DNA of 64,000 nt from Candidatus Culexmicrobium cathedralense (GCA_025061115.1 JANZKC010000001.1:768001-832000); one strand, 5' to 3'. Counted from the stretch's first letter, positions 50,654-61,107 are shown. Numbers and translations are program-made. The notes: generated by a model from the letters alone, not told the origin.

Positions 50654-51526
50654 TTATTCTGAGCTTATTGATAGTCTTTGCAGGGTGGTGATCTCGCCTA
50701 GAAATGTTCCGTCCAATAAGTACACTTCTGAAGCGCGTATGTGCATAATTTCAGCTTCTAAGAGTGGTCCTAGAAGAGACATGTTTTTAAACTTATTTAT
50801 TGCAGCACCGCGCAGGTAGGCGTTGAAGGCAGGCATTATTATTATGCTTTTAGTTCTAGGGAAAAATCCAAAAGCCTTCTTAAATGTTTCAATCGAATTT
50901 TCAGCAATTCTAATTTTTCTGTATTTTAGATAATCGCTAATTAATTTCTCAGTAGAAACTTCAACTTTAACCCACACTGGTTCTACCAATTTGAAGCCCA
51001 TATGATCTCTTAGCTCGATGACCGGGTGAACGTGGCCCATTATGATGGTATCGGCTTGAAATATCGGGGGAGAAGGCCACGCATGACCGTGAATTAATCC
51101 TATTAGTGTATTACTAATAGTTTCAATGAGAACTCCCCTTACTGAGTGAATGCTCACAGCTCTAGGTGTTAAGGGTTCGATATTTCCATCATGATTGCCT
51201 GGAATAACCTCTACATCTATTCCCTCACGCAGCAATTCATTGAAGAATTTTGGAATATCTACCCATTCGCTTGGAGATATTTTGGCAATTTCATGCTTAA
51301 TGTCACCTAGCAAAATTAGCCTTGAAGGAGAATAATCATGAATTATTCGCTTTAAAGATTTAAGGAGCTTGCCTACTTGTGAAGGCACTCTAATACCTTG
51401 CGACGACAACTCGAGTTCGAAGCCTATGTGAAGATCTGTGACTATCAAAATTTTTTCTCCATCCTTTGCTGTCATCAGCAGTGCAGGCTCATCAGGTATG
51501 GGCTTTAACATAATTCTCAACGTCAA
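50654..51526 (-). CDS. Metallophosphoesterase (COG1407-type)
   Basis: TDLHIGFE, LGDIKH, PGNHDG, HGH, MGHVHP, MPAFN. Confidence 0.9.
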   Translation of the reverse strand: MTLRIMLKPIPDEPALLMTAKDGEKILIVTDLHIGFELELSSQGIRVPSQVGKLLKSLKRIIHDYSPSRLILLGDIKHEIAKISPSEWVDIPKFFNELLREGIDVEVIPGNHDGNIEPLTPRAVSIHSVRGVLIETISNTLIGLIHGHAWPSPPIFQADTIIMGHVHPVIELRDHMGFKLVEPVWVKVEVSTEKLISDYLKYRKIRIAENSIETFKKAFGFFPRTKSIIIMPAFNAYLRGAAINKFKNMSLLGPLLEAEIMHIRASEVYLLDGTFLGEITTLQRLSISSE

Positions 51527-51564
51527 ATTAAATAGGCACAGTTAATTATCTCTATCTGCAGGCT

Positions 51565-51963
51565 GTGAGCATGACAGTGGAATTCCTCTCACAAATATTC
51601 ATAAAATTGAAGAAGGAGAAGCGTCTTACTGATGAAGTAGCTTCAAAACTTTTGGAGAAGTATGGGGAGAAATTTCTGAGGGCGCTGGACCTGGTTAGCG
51701 CCAAGAAAGTGAGGAAGTGCGTGTTCCGTCCAAGTGGAATTGAACGATGGGTAGTTGTCGGAATGCATGGGCAATATCTCGTAATTCCAAGAAGCTTTTG
51801 TCAATGTGATGATTTTTACCTTTCAGTTGTAATACGTAAAAGCAAAGATACATGCTATCATCTGATTGCGCAGACAATTGCAGAAGCGCTGAGAAATTAC
51901 GAAGAAGAAGTATTAGATGATTCTGAATATGCAGACTTTATGAGAAAGTTTCATGAAATTTAA
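51565..51963 (+). CDS. SWIM zinc-finger protein
   Basis: FRPSG..RWVVVG, FCQCDDF...CYHLIA. Confidence 0.85.
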   Translation: MSMTVEFLSQIFIKLKKEKRLTDEVASKLLEKYGEKFLRALDLVSAKKVRKCVFRPSGIERWVVVGMHGQYLVIPRSFCQCDDFYLSVVIRKSKDTCYHLIAQTIAEALRNYEEEVLDDSEYADFMRKFHEI

Positions 51964-52682
51964 GTTTGGTTCCTTCTCTTAACTTCACCTCTAACTTCAA
52001 CTCGTTCTACTTTTCCGTCTCTTAACCAAACAATTCTGTCGCTAACTTCGATAATTTTATAGTCATGTGTTGCACAGAAAATGGTTACGCCACTTTCCTC
52101 ATTCAATTTTTTAAGAAGTTTTATTATTTCTAGTCCTGTGTTTAAATCTAAGTTTCCAGTGGGCTCGTCGGCAAGTATGATTGATGGATCGTTAGCTAAA
52201 GCTCTGGCTATGGCTACTCTTTGTTGCTGGCCTCCAGACAGCTCTGCAGGCTTATGATGAAGACGATCACCCAGTCCAACCTTCTCGAGTAGTTTCGCTG
52301 CTTTCTTTAATCTTTCATCTCTTGGCTTTCCGGCAAAGATCATGGGTAGCATAACGTTTTCAAGGGCAGTTAATACTGGTATTAAGTTGAAGGTTTGGAA
52401 GATATACCCTATTTTTCTGCACCGTAGCCAAGCCAGCTCGTACGCATCTAACTTTGAGATATCTATGTTGTCGATGAAAACTTTGCCTCGGGTTGGCTTG
52501 TCGAGTCCGCCAATCATATTAAATAGCGTGGTTTTCCCAGAGCCGGATGGCCCCATAATTGATAAATATTCTCCTCTATAAACCTTCAAGTTTACTCCAT
52601 CAAGAGCTTTAATTACATATCCTCCTAGTGTATAGTGTTTCGCTAGATCTATGGTTTCAACAGCGTACTCGTAAGCCAACAT
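51960..52682 (-). CDS. ABC transporter ATP-binding protein (LolD/MacB family)
   Basis: GPSGSGKTT, LSGGQQQRVAIARAL, ADEPTGNLD, THD. Confidence 0.95.
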   Translation of the reverse strand: MLAYEYAVETIDLAKHYTLGGYVIKALDGVNLKVYRGEYLSIMGPSGSGKTTLFNMIGGLDKPTRGKVFIDNIDISKLDAYELAWLRCRKIGYIFQTFNLIPVLTALENVMLPMIFAGKPRDERLKKAAKLLEKVGLGDRLHHKPAELSGGQQQRVAIARALANDPSIILADEPTGNLDLNTGLEIIKLLKKLNEESGVTIFCATHDYKIIEVSDRIVWLRDGKVERVEVRGEVKRRNQT

Positions 52683-53297
52683 CTACACCTCGAATCTTAG
52701 AGCTTCTACGGGATTTATTTTTGTTGCGTAATACGCTGGATATGCAGTGGCTACCAAACTTATTATTACCGAAATAACTATTGACAGCGTCATGGTTGAT
52801 AAGTAAGTTTGAATAGTTGGTAGACGCCCTATTTGAATGTACATTAAAGGCGCAGTTATGATGGCTGAGGATAGGAATCCAGCTAGGCCGCCTAAAATCC
52901 CAATAATTAATGATTCGAATATGAACAGCTGGAGAATTAGTGCATTTTTAGCCCCTAAGCACTTCATCGTCCCTATTTCCTTATACCTTTCAGCTACGGA
53001 TATGAGCATGGAATTGAATATAGTGATGACACATACAATTATCGAAATCAAAGATACCCATAATTGGTAATCACTTAAGTTAATTGGAATGAAACCAGAA
53101 ACAGCTGATGATGCCAGCGCAAAACTCATGATATTCATGGAGGACACCAAAGCAACGCTTAACAATATGGTTAATGCTGTCAAAGAAACTCGCGACTTTC
53201 TCTTCTTCATTCCCTCAAGCACAATGTGGAGCAAGTCCTTAATGCTCACCCTGGCGAAAACTTTTTGCATTGGAGTCACCACTAGTTTTTTCTGCAC
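52683..53297 (-). CDS. FtsX/MacB-like ABC permease (compact, 4 TM)
   Basis: NSMLISVAERYKEIGTMKCLGA, YPAYYATKINPVEALRFE. Confidence 0.9.
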   Translation of the reverse strand: MQKKLVVTPMQKVFARVSIKDLLHIVLEGMKKRKSRVSLTALTILLSVALVSSMNIMSFALASSAVSGFIPINLSDYQLWVSLISIIVCVITIFNSMLISVAERYKEIGTMKCLGAKNALILQLFIFESLIIGILGGLAGFLSSAIITAPLMYIQIGRLPTIQTYLSTMTLSIVISVIISLVATAYPAYYATKINPVEALRFEV

Positions 53298-53432
53298 AAA
53301 AGTTTTTAAAGAAAACGGCGGTGTGATTTATGAACTTCGATGCGCTCTTTAACGTGCTGATTGCCCTTTCCATTTTAGCTTCACTTTTGGGGGTAATTTA
53401 CGTAGTGGTCTCGGAAAAGGGAAGGCGAGAAA

Positions 53433-53690
53433 TTGGATAATGACACAATAGATATTGTTGAAAGGGCTTTTGAAGATGCAGCGCCATACCTTTCAAATTC
53501 AAGTTATTTAAGAAAGCGAATTGGAGAAATAGTTTCTAAAGTTAGAAAAATCGATGAGTTGCTCAAAGCTATTGAGGAGGCATGCTTTGAGGAAAAGGAA
53601 ACTCAAATAAGAACGGATTTTAGAATATTCCTTAATGCTTTAAGGAGAGAATTGCAAAAAATGGGGGCAGCCTATGGGTCGAAAATATAG
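53433..53690 (+). CDS. Small helical hypothetical protein
   Basis: 85-aa ORF overlapping the start of the Elf1 gene. Confidence 0.6.
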   Translation: MDNDTIDIVERAFEDAAPYLSNSSYLRKRIGEIVSKVRKIDELLKAIEEACFEEKETQIRTDFRIFLNALRRELQKMGAAYGSKI

Positions 53691-53934
53691 GAAGAAAATA
53701 CCGTTGAGACCACCTAAAAGAATACCATCGGTTTTTCAATGCCCGAGGTGTGGGAAAAAAGCCGTCAGAGTTGAAATAAATAAGGATTCCGGAAAAGCCA
53801 CAGTATCATGTGGAAGCTGCAAAATTCGCGCTGAAATAGAGTTACCGCCAATATGCGGTGCAGTTGACGCTTACGGTAAGTTTGTAGATCTATACTACAA
53901 CGGGAAACTAGAGGAGGAAAAGGAGATTGAATAG
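53674..53934 (+). CDS. elf1: Transcription elongation factor Elf1 homolog
   Basis: MGRKYRKK...FQCPRCG...CGSC...VDAYGKFVD. Confidence 0.9.
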   Translation: MGRKYRKKIPLRPPKRIPSVFQCPRCGKKAVRVEINKDSGKATVSCGSCKIRAEIELPPICGAVDAYGKFVDLYYNGKLEEEKEIE

Positions 53935-54712
53935 GTTAACTGTTGGTAAGGTAGAGAGATATATGAGAGAGAGGCTTGCAAGTGAGGGCGCAGTACACAT
54001 TACACTAATAGATCCTGACAAAAGCAGGATTGATGCAAAACGTCTTGCCAAGGAAGCTGAGGAAGGAGGGACATCTGCAATTATGGTTGGCGGATCAATA
54101 GGAATCTCTGAAAAATTACTAGATGAAACAGTACTTTCAATAAAGGAGGCGGTAAACATCCCTGTAATCTTATTCCCGGGAAATGTAACTGGGATAAGTA
54201 GACATGCTGATGCAATATGGTTTATGTCGCTGTTAAACTCAGCCAACACCTACTACTTAATTGATGCTCAAGCTTTAGGTGCAGTAATAGTTAGGCGTTA
54301 CGGGCTTGAAGCCATTCCGATGGGTTACTTAATTGTTGGCGAAGGAGGAGCTGCAGGATATATCGGCCACGCTAGGGTTATACCGTATAACCGACCTGAA
54401 ATTGCAGCAATATATGCACTTGCAGGAGAACTTCTAGGTATGCGATTCATATACTTAGAAGCAGGATCAGGTGCTAAAACGCCAATACCACCAAAAATGA
54501 TTGAATACGTTAAAAAGGCAATTTCCATACCGCTAATTGTCGGAGGAGGAATAAAAACCGAGGAGCAAGCCAAAAGAGCCGTTATAGCTGGTGCAGATGC
54601 TATCGTAACAGGGACAATAATCGAAACTGGAAACGTGAAAAAGAAAGTAAAAAGCATCGTCAAGGGAATCAAAGAGGCAGCTAAGGAAAGGCGTTTAAGC
54701 ATTGTACTATAA
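53927..54712 (+). CDS. Geranylgeranylglyceryl phosphate synthase
   Basis: TLIDPDK, IMVGGS, ILFPG, YLEAGSGA, IVGGGI. Confidence 0.93.
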   Translation: MNRLTVGKVERYMRERLASEGAVHITLIDPDKSRIDAKRLAKEAEEGGTSAIMVGGSIGISEKLLDETVLSIKEAVNIPVILFPGNVTGISRHADAIWFMSLLNSANTYYLIDAQALGAVIVRRYGLEAIPMGYLIVGEGGAAGYIGHARVIPYNRPEIAAIYALAGELLGMRFIYLEAGSGAKTPIPPKMIEYVKKAISIPLIVGGGIKTEEQAKRAVIAGADAIVTGTIIETGNVKKKVKSIVKGIKEAAKERRLSIVL

Positions 54713-55304
54713 AGCAGATAGCATAATAAAGGAAATATTAAGGAAAGTGCTGCACGCATTTAGTTTAACCATATGGCTTGTGTACATGGTATGCGGTTTT
54801 GAAATAACTTTACTTTACACTTTTGCTTGTTTAATCATTTCATTTATTCTTGAAGTAATTAGGCTTCGGAAGTACAAGTATTACCCCTTTAAGTTTATAA
54901 CAGAGAAAGTTGCTCGAACTCCTGAGAAATACAGGTTTGCAGCTCATGTTCATTTCTTCGCTGGAGCCTCATTAATATTATATTTGTTAAAAGACGATTT
55001 AGGAATTATTTCAATTCTATGTTCAGCAGCATCAGATGCGGTAGCTGCGATCATTGGTAAGCTCATAGGTAAGCACCCCAACCCATGGAATGAAAGTAAG
55101 ACTTTAGAAGGTACATTTTCGGGCATGATCACGGCCTTTCTTGTAATAACACTTTTTACGGGAAATGTTTACTATGGCATTTCGGGGGCGATTGTTTTTG
55201 GCATTATTGACTCATTGAAAGTCCATATAAATGATAATTTCATTTTGCCTCTCTCCTTTGGCTGCGCATTAAGAATTTTAGATATGATCAGCCATATAGT
55301 GTAA
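54702..55304 (+). CDS. Dolichol/phytol kinase-like membrane protein (SEC59/VTE5 family)
   Basis: EILRKVLH, SDAVAAIIGK, KTLEGT, INDNFILP. Confidence 0.8.
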   Translation: MYYKADSIIKEILRKVLHAFSLTIWLVYMVCGFEITLLYTFACLIISFILEVIRLRKYKYYPFKFITEKVARTPEKYRFAAHVHFFAGASLILYLLKDDLGIISILCSAASDAVAAIIGKLIGKHPNPWNESKTLEGTFSGMITAFLVITLFTGNVYYGISGAIVFGIIDSLKVHINDNFILPLSFGCALRILDMISHIV

Positions 55305-55326
55305 TAGGCAGACTGGCGGGAGCGTA

Positions 55327-58300
55327 ATGCTAGAAATAAGCGATGAAATGCTAAAATACTTTAGAAACTTAGAGGAAGAGGTTAAGCGAATTTATGAAAA
55401 AGCTAAAAGAGCAAGAGAAAAATCATTTGATCCTTCACCTGAGCCAGAAATATTCTTAGCGAAAGACCTTGCTGAACGAGTTGAGGGATTACTTAAATCG
55501 TATGGAATTACAGGAATTGCCGAGCGTATTAGAGAATTGAGTGCAAAATTCAAAAGAGAGATCGTGGCCCTAAAAATAGCTGAAGAAATAGTATATGGCA
55601 AGTTCGGAAAGTTTCCTGAAGAAGTTGCAGCGGAAGTTGCAATAAGGGCAGCTTTAGCAATTTTAACTGAAGGCATTACTGCTGCGCCATTACAAGGAAT
55701 TGAGAAAGTAAAAATAAAGCGCAATACTGATGGAAGCAAGTACCTATCAATATACTATGCGGGGCCCATAAGATCTGCAGGAGGAACTGAGCAAGCATTA
55801 ACCGTCTTAGTGGGAGATTATGTAAGGCAATTACTTCACTTGGAGCGATACAAGCCAACAGACGAAGAAGTAAAGCGATTCATTGAGGAAATTAGGCTTT
55901 ATGAAAGGCATGTTGGAAGATTTCAATACCATAATAGTGATGAGGAATTAGAAAGTGCTTTAAGGAGAATACCTGTTGAGATAACGGGCGTTGCAACCGC
56001 ACCACTAGAAGTGAGCATTCATAGAGATCTACCCCGCATTGAAACCAATAGAATACGCGGAGGAGCATGCCGAGTAATCAATGACGGAGTCATAGGCAAA
56101 GCAGCAAAAATTAGGAAAATAGCGGAAGAGGTAGGGCTTGTAGGATGGGACTGGCTAAGAGAATTCATGAAGGAAGAGGGTGAAGAGCAAACCATAAAGC
56201 CAAGTGAAAAATACCTTGCAGATGTTGTCGCAGGAAGACCAATATTTTCGCATCCATCAAGGGTAGGAGGATTTAGGTTAAGATATGGTAGGAGTAGGAA
56301 CACAGGGCTGGCAGCTTTAGGATTGCATCCTGCTACAATGGTTATTCTTGGCGGATTTCTAGCAATTGGAACACAAGTTAGAACCGAGCGCCCGGGAAAA
56401 AGCGGAGTTATAATGCCAGTATCATCGATTGAAGGGCCAACAGTGCGGCTTGATGATGGAACCGTTGTAAAAATTGAAGACTTACTCCAGGCCGAAGAGC
56501 TGAGAGATCGCATCGACGAAATACTATTTTTAGGAGATGTACTTATTGGATTTGGAGAATTTCTAGAGAATAATCACCCATTACTTCCATCAGGCTATGT
56601 AGAAGAGTGGTGGGCTCAGGAAGTTCAAAAGGCTATAAATAAAAAGTTTGAAGGCAATATAGAAAAAGCTGCAAAGCAAGCAGGCATTCCTATAGAAAGA
56701 CTTCGACAACTTCTATCAGCATGGTGGCAGGAAAAACCAAGGGCAAAAGAAGCATTAGCAATCTCAGAAGCTTTTGAAGTGCCTTTGCATCCTAAGTTCA
56801 CTTATCATTGGAGCGAAGTAAGCGCAGGAGACGTTCAATTATTGAAGAAATGGATTGAAAAAGCTGTTAGGACACCTCAAGGAATCATCGGTCCAGCAGA
56901 AGGAGACATAAAGAGGATTTTAGAGCACTTAGGAGTACCTCATAAACTAGAAAGTAACAGCAAGATAGTTTTAGATGAAGAACATGGGCTCATATTATTG
57001 AACTGCTTAGCAGGTGAAGATAAAAACATCATTAGTGCAGAGAACGGCCTTGAAGCAGTAAATATGATCTCTAAGGTTAGAATAAGAAACAAAGCACCAA
57101 CATACATCGGCCTGAGAATGGGTCGACCGGAAAAAGCAAAGGAAAGAAAAATGAAACCGCCAGTACACGTGCTATTTCCAGTTGGACTTGAAGGAGGAAG
57201 CAGCCGAAACGTATTGGAAGCCTCAAGTAAAAAATATGCGAAAGTCAAGATTGCGGAGAGATTATGCTTAAAGTGCAGAAAAAGAACATTTTATGTAAGA
57301 TGCCCAAATTGTTTAACCGATACAATACCTATAAGGACATGTCCAAAGTGCGGAAGAGAAACCACCACGACGAAGTGCCCAGTATGTAATCAGAAAACAA
57401 TGCCATATAAGGAGAAAAGCATAGACATTTATAATGAATTAAAACGCGCATGCATTAATTTAGGAATTCAAGCCCCGCCAAAACTAATTAAGGGAGTAAA
57501 AGGGCTAACAAACGTTGATAGAACCCCAGAGCCACTTGAAAAAGGAGTTCTTAGAGCAAGGCATGACGTCTATGTATATAAGGATGGAACAATAAGATTC
57601 GACATCACAAACGCTCCACTAACTCATTTTAAACCTAAAGAAATAGGGGTAACTATTGAAAAACTGAAAGAACTAGGATATACGAGGGATTATTTAGGCA
57701 AACCATTAGTTCATGAAGATCAAATAGTTGAACTAAAAGTCCAGGACATAATAATACCAATAGAGGCAGCAAGTTACTTAATGAGGGTGGCCAGATTTAT
57801 CGACGAATTGCTCGTTAAGTTCTACAAAGAGGAGCCTTATTATAATGTTAAAAGAAGAGAAGACCTAATAGGGCACATAGTAGTTGGAATTGCACCTCAT
57901 ACATCAGCAGGAGTAATTGGCAGGATCATAGGATTCACAAAAGCCAAGGTATGCTTTGCACATCCTTATTGGCATGCAGCTAAGCGCCGAAACTGCGATG
58001 GAGATGAAGACGCCATAATTTTAGGACTGGACGCTTTCCTCAATTTCTCAAAAAGCTATTTGCCCGAAAAGCGAGGCGGACTGATGGATACGCCGCTGGT
58101 AGTCATGGTCACTATAGATCCAAACGAAGTTGACGATGAAGTATTCAACATGGAGACCTGCAGTATGCTGCCCATCGAATTCTATGAAGAAACACAAAAT
58201 TATGCAGATCCCAAAGAAGTAGCTAAAAAAATTGAAAATGTAAGTGATAGGCTTGGCAAGAAAGAGCAGTATGAAGGATTAAAATACACTCACCCAACAA

Positions 58301-58779
58301 CAGCTATTGATCTAGGGCCGAGGATTACAGTTTACAAAAAGTTAAAGACAATGTATGAAAAAGTTGAAGCGCAAATGAAAATTGCAGAGAAAATAAGAGC
58401 TGTGGATAAAAAAGACGTTGCTGAAAGAATACTTACACACCACTTTCTACCTGACTTGATTGGCAATTTAAGAGCTTTCACAACGCAAAGTTTGCGTTGT
58501 GTAAAATGCAATGCCAAATATGAAAGGCCGCCGTTATCCGGAAAGTGTAGAAAATGTGGTGGTAAACTAATCTTAACAGTGCACAGAAAAGGAATAGAAA
58601 AGTATCTAAGTTCAACTATGATGCTTATTCGAAAATACAATTTAGGTGAATACTATAGGCAAAGAATAGAACTAATAGAAAAAGAACTTGAATTGTTATT
58701 TAGTGGAGAAAAGGATCGAAAGCAAACTAGCTTGCTTCAATTCTGGAGAAGTGAGCAGCATGCCAATTCAAAAATATGA
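55327..58779 (+). CDS. polC: DNA polymerase D large subunit DP2
   Basis: YAGPIRSAGGT, GFRLRYGRSRNTG, RMGRPEKA, catalytic RNCDGDED, Zn fingers. Confidence 0.98.
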   Translation: MLEISDEMLKYFRNLEEEVKRIYEKAKRAREKSFDPSPEPEIFLAKDLAERVEGLLKSYGITGIAERIRELSAKFKREIVALKIAEEIVYGKFGKFPEEVAAEVAIRAALAILTEGITAAPLQGIEKVKIKRNTDGSKYLSIYYAGPIRSAGGTEQALTVLVGDYVRQLLHLERYKPTDEEVKRFIEEIRLYERHVGRFQYHNSDEELESALRRIPVEITGVATAPLEVSIHRDLPRIETNRIRGGACRVINDGVIGKAAKIRKIAEEVGLVGWDWLREFMKEEGEEQTIKPSEKYLADVVAGRPIFSHPSRVGGFRLRYGRSRNTGLAALGLHPATMVILGGFLAIGTQVRTERPGKSGVIMPVSSIEGPTVRLDDGTVVKIEDLLQAEELRDRIDEILFLGDVLIGFGEFLENNHPLLPSGYVEEWWAQEVQKAINKKFEGNIEKAAKQAGIPIERLRQLLSAWWQEKPRAKEALAISEAFEVPLHPKFTYHWSEVSAGDVQLLKKWIEKAVRTPQGIIGPAEGDIKRILEHLGVPHKLESNSKIVLDEEHGLILLNCLAGEDKNIISAENGLEAVNMISKVRIRNKAPTYIGLRMGRPEKAKERKMKPPVHVLFPVGLEGGSSRNVLEASSKKYAKVKIAERLCLKCRKRTFYVRCPNCLTDTIPIRTCPKCGRETTTTKCPVCNQKTMPYKEKSIDIYNELKRACINLGIQAPPKLIKGVKGLTNVDRTPEPLEKGVLRARHDVYVYKDGTIRFDITNAPLTHFKPKEIGVTIEKLKELGYTRDYLGKPLVHEDQIVELKVQDIIIPIEAASYLMRVARFIDELLVKFYKEEPYYNVKRREDLIGHIVVGIAPHTSAGVIGRIIGFTKAKVCFAHPYWHAAKRRNCDGDEDAIILGLDAFLNFSKSYLPEKRGGLMDTPLVVMVTIDPNEVDDEVFNMETCSMLPIEFYEETQNYADPKEVAKKIENVSDRLGKKEQYEGLKYTHPTTAIDLGPRITVYKKLKTMYEKVEAQMKIAEKIRAVDKKDVAERILTHHFLPDLIGNLRAFTTQSLRCVKCNAKYERPPLSGKCRKCGGKLILTVHRKGIEKYLSSTMMLIRKYNLGEYYRQRIELIEKELELLFSGEKDRKQTSLLQFWRSEQHANSKI

Positions 58780-59041
58780 AGCACTAGCCTTCTTGAGAAG
58801 TATAAAAAATGTTAGAAAGGGACTTCTAACTAGAAGTAAGATAATAAGGCTTTTGAAAACAAGGGCAGCGACAACAAAGGAGCTAGCTGGTAATGTTAAG
58901 TTGAGCTACAGCACGGTTAGGAGACATTTAAAAATGATGGAGAAAGAAGGCATCGTCATAAAGGTTTATCGTAAATGGAAGTTAACGGGCAAAGGACAGC
59001 AAGACCTGCTTAAGTATTTAACTAAAAAACCTGCTTATTGA
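58760..59041 (+). CDS. Winged-HTH (ArsR-like) protein
   Basis: TRSKIIRLL...LSYSTVRRHLKMMEKEGIV...WKLTGKGQ; ATG 58760 overlaps polC end. Confidence 0.85.
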   Translation: MPIQKYEALAFLRSIKNVRKGLLTRSKIIRLLKTRAATTKELAGNVKLSYSTVRRHLKMMEKEGIVIKVYRKWKLTGKGQQDLLKYLTKKPAY

Positions 59042-59043
59042 AA

Positions 59044-59883
59044 TTATTTGAAGAGTATCTGTAATAGGTCTATATCCCTTATCATTCCAATTAAATTCCC
59101 CTTTGCGTCGAGAACTGGCAGTTGGTCAATATCATATCGGCGCATTTTTCTAGCACACAAACTTACTGGGGTTTGCTCTACCGCGGTGATTACCCGTTTC
59201 ACCATAACTTCTTCAACGGGTTTATCCGGAAGAGTTAGTTCGCGACTACTTATGTATAATATTGTAACTGTATCCCAGTCCCACTCCTGCCCCTCAGTAG
59301 CTGCCTTTGTGGCAGAAGTATGTTCCTTTAAAGTAATTTCGCATACTGAAATGATATCGGAATCAGAAATTATTCCAGTCAGCTTTCCCTTAGAATCAAT
59401 TACTGGAAGAGCTTGAACTTTGGCTAGCCTCATTATAGTGTAAGCCGCTGGAAGAGGCGTTTTTTCCCAGACAGCAGTAATTTTCCTTGTTACAAAATCT
59501 TTAATCGGCTTGATTACGTTCATGTTAGCAATAGCTTTATAGACGATGTCAGCGACAGTAATTACACCTACAAGCTCATTATCACCTACGACAACTGGAA
59601 GCCGCCTTATATCTCGCTCCCATAATATGCGAGCCACTTCATTTATGGGAGTTTCCGGATTAACTGTAATAGGATCTCGAGTCATGAGAAGAGCAAGCTG
59701 CTCCTCCATAGGCTTTTTCATTAAATCAGTTCGCGTCACAATTCCTACAACACGTTTTGTGCCCTTCTTAACTACAGGTAAACCCATAACCTTATGCTTA
59801 GTCATTAGTCGCAGTACTTGCTCCCTGGTTCCTGGAACCTCCGCATAAATTACATTAGTGGTCATTATGTCTTTCACTTTCAC
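59044..59883 (-). CDS. CBS-domain protein (four CBS motifs)
   Basis: VKDIMT; repeated LPVV..G.L.GI motifs. Confidence 0.92.
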   Translation of the reverse strand: MKVKDIMTTNVIYAEVPGTREQVLRLMTKHKVMGLPVVKKGTKRVVGIVTRTDLMKKPMEEQLALLMTRDPITVNPETPINEVARILWERDIRRLPVVVGDNELVGVITVADIVYKAIANMNVIKPIKDFVTRKITAVWEKTPLPAAYTIMRLAKVQALPVIDSKGKLTGIISDSDIISVCEITLKEHTSATKAATEGQEWDWDTVTILYISSRELTLPDKPVEEVMVKRVITAVEQTPVSLCARKMRRYDIDQLPVLDAKGNLIGMIRDIDLLQILFK

Positions 59884-59965
59884 GTAAAATACCCTCCGAA
59901 AAACTATGTAACCACAAAATTCAATGAATATCGTTTATGAAAGTTGTATTTATTTTTTCCCTAGC

Positions 59966-60268
59966 TTATTCTCTGTAAGGACAGGTGCAAGGAGAGTTTT
60001 TACAGCGGGGGCAAACGTTTTTGTACTTAGAGAAAGCCGCCTTTGCAAGGTCAACCCCGACGAGATTCGCTAATGAGGACAGCCAGGCCAGGACATCTGC
60101 GAATTCACTCTCCATCAACTCATGGTCTCCATCTCTGATTGCTCTGGCAAGTTCTCCAACTTCCTCTACAAGCCACATAAAGGTTTTACCGACGCCTCTA
60201 GTGCTATCGCGGGTAAAGTAGAGGCGCCGCATCATGTCCTGAAACTCTCTCAGGCTCATTGCGCACAC
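59966..60268 (-). CDS. MazG-like nucleotide pyrophosphohydrolase
   Basis: WLVEEVGELA, EFADVLAWL, CPRC..PCTC. Confidence 0.9.
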   Translation of the reverse strand: MCAMSLREFQDMMRRLYFTRDSTRGVGKTFMWLVEEVGELARAIRDGDHELMESEFADVLAWLSSLANLVGVDLAKAAFSKYKNVCPRCKNSPCTCPYRE

Positions 60269-60333
60269 CTAAAATATAGCTGGCAAATAAGTTATTAATA
60301 GGTTTTAGCAAAACAAGAAGTGGTGGCTAAAGT

Positions 60334-60516
60334 ATGTCCAGAAGAAAGCGTAGAAGAGAGGGGGTCATGCCCGTAACAGGTGCAGGGTTGATACGCTTCT
60401 TTGAAGAGGAAGTAAGAGGAATCAAAGTTAGCCCTATTCACGTAATTATAATGGCTATAGCTTTAATGGCATTTGCAATGCTAGGGAACCTAGGGTTCTT
60501 GCAATTTCTTAGATAA
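60334..60516 (+). CDS. secG: Preprotein translocase Sec61beta subunit
   Basis: PVTGAGLIRFFEEE...KVSP followed by TM helix. Confidence 0.9.
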   Translation: MSRRKRRREGVMPVTGAGLIRFFEEEVRGIKVSPIHVIIMAIALMAFAMLGNLGFLQFLR

Positions 60517-61107
60517 TTGCAGTATTATTGAGGAGCCAAACTTCAGCCTTTTCAGATCCTCATCCGATAACTTTTCAATAATAATCTCCTGCCCATCATA
60601 TGAAGGAGTTATCATACTTATGCCCAAAGGATCTTCAAGTATTAACGTAAAGGGCAGCTTGCCTTGACTTGCCAGCTTCAATTTATTGAGAACATCAATA
60701 CATTTCCGCTTCTCATGCTCACTGTCAGAGAGTACGAGAAAACTTTTAGTAGCATCTTTAATTCGTTCAAGTACCCCCTCAACATTAGTGATAAAGCCCT
60801 GTGCAATTGAGCCTGGCTCAATTGTGGCTCCGAGCTCTGGAATGCGTATGGTTCCGCTGCTTGAGCGTATAACTTTAGCGTATAAGTCCTCTGGCCCTTT
60901 AACTTTGAGTATGTATCTTAAAGGCTCTCGAAATTCAAGAGAAAAAACGTCAGTATGCCTATAGCCGCAGTTAGAACACTTCCAGGAAGCCATGATCATC
61001 TTACCAAAAAATGGAATTTCACTATGGGCTTCAATAAATTCAAGGGATAGCTTACCACATACAGGGCAATGTAATACTTTAAGCCACTCCGGTAGCGCTT
61101 CTGACAA
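60490..61107 (-). CDS. ZPR1 zinc-finger protein
   Basis: CPVCG, IPFFG, CSNCGYR, IPELG, ITNVEGVL, LEDPLG. Confidence 0.92.
   Translation of the reverse strand: MSEALPEWLKVLHCPVCGKLSLEFIEAHSEIPFFGKMIMASWKCSNCGYRHTDVFSLEFREPLRYILKVKGPEDLYAKVIRSSSGTIRIPELGATIEPGSIAQGFITNVEGVLERIKDATKSFLVLSDSEHEKRKCIDVLNKLKLASQGKLPFTLILEDPLGISMITPSYDGQEIIIEKLSDEDLKRLKFGSSIILQLSKKLQEP

Noticed and set aside
55327-58779. Inteins in PolD DP2 (also checked PolB and ATPase A)
   Set aside because: Lengths are normal and no intein terminal motifs or homing-endonuclease insert were seen
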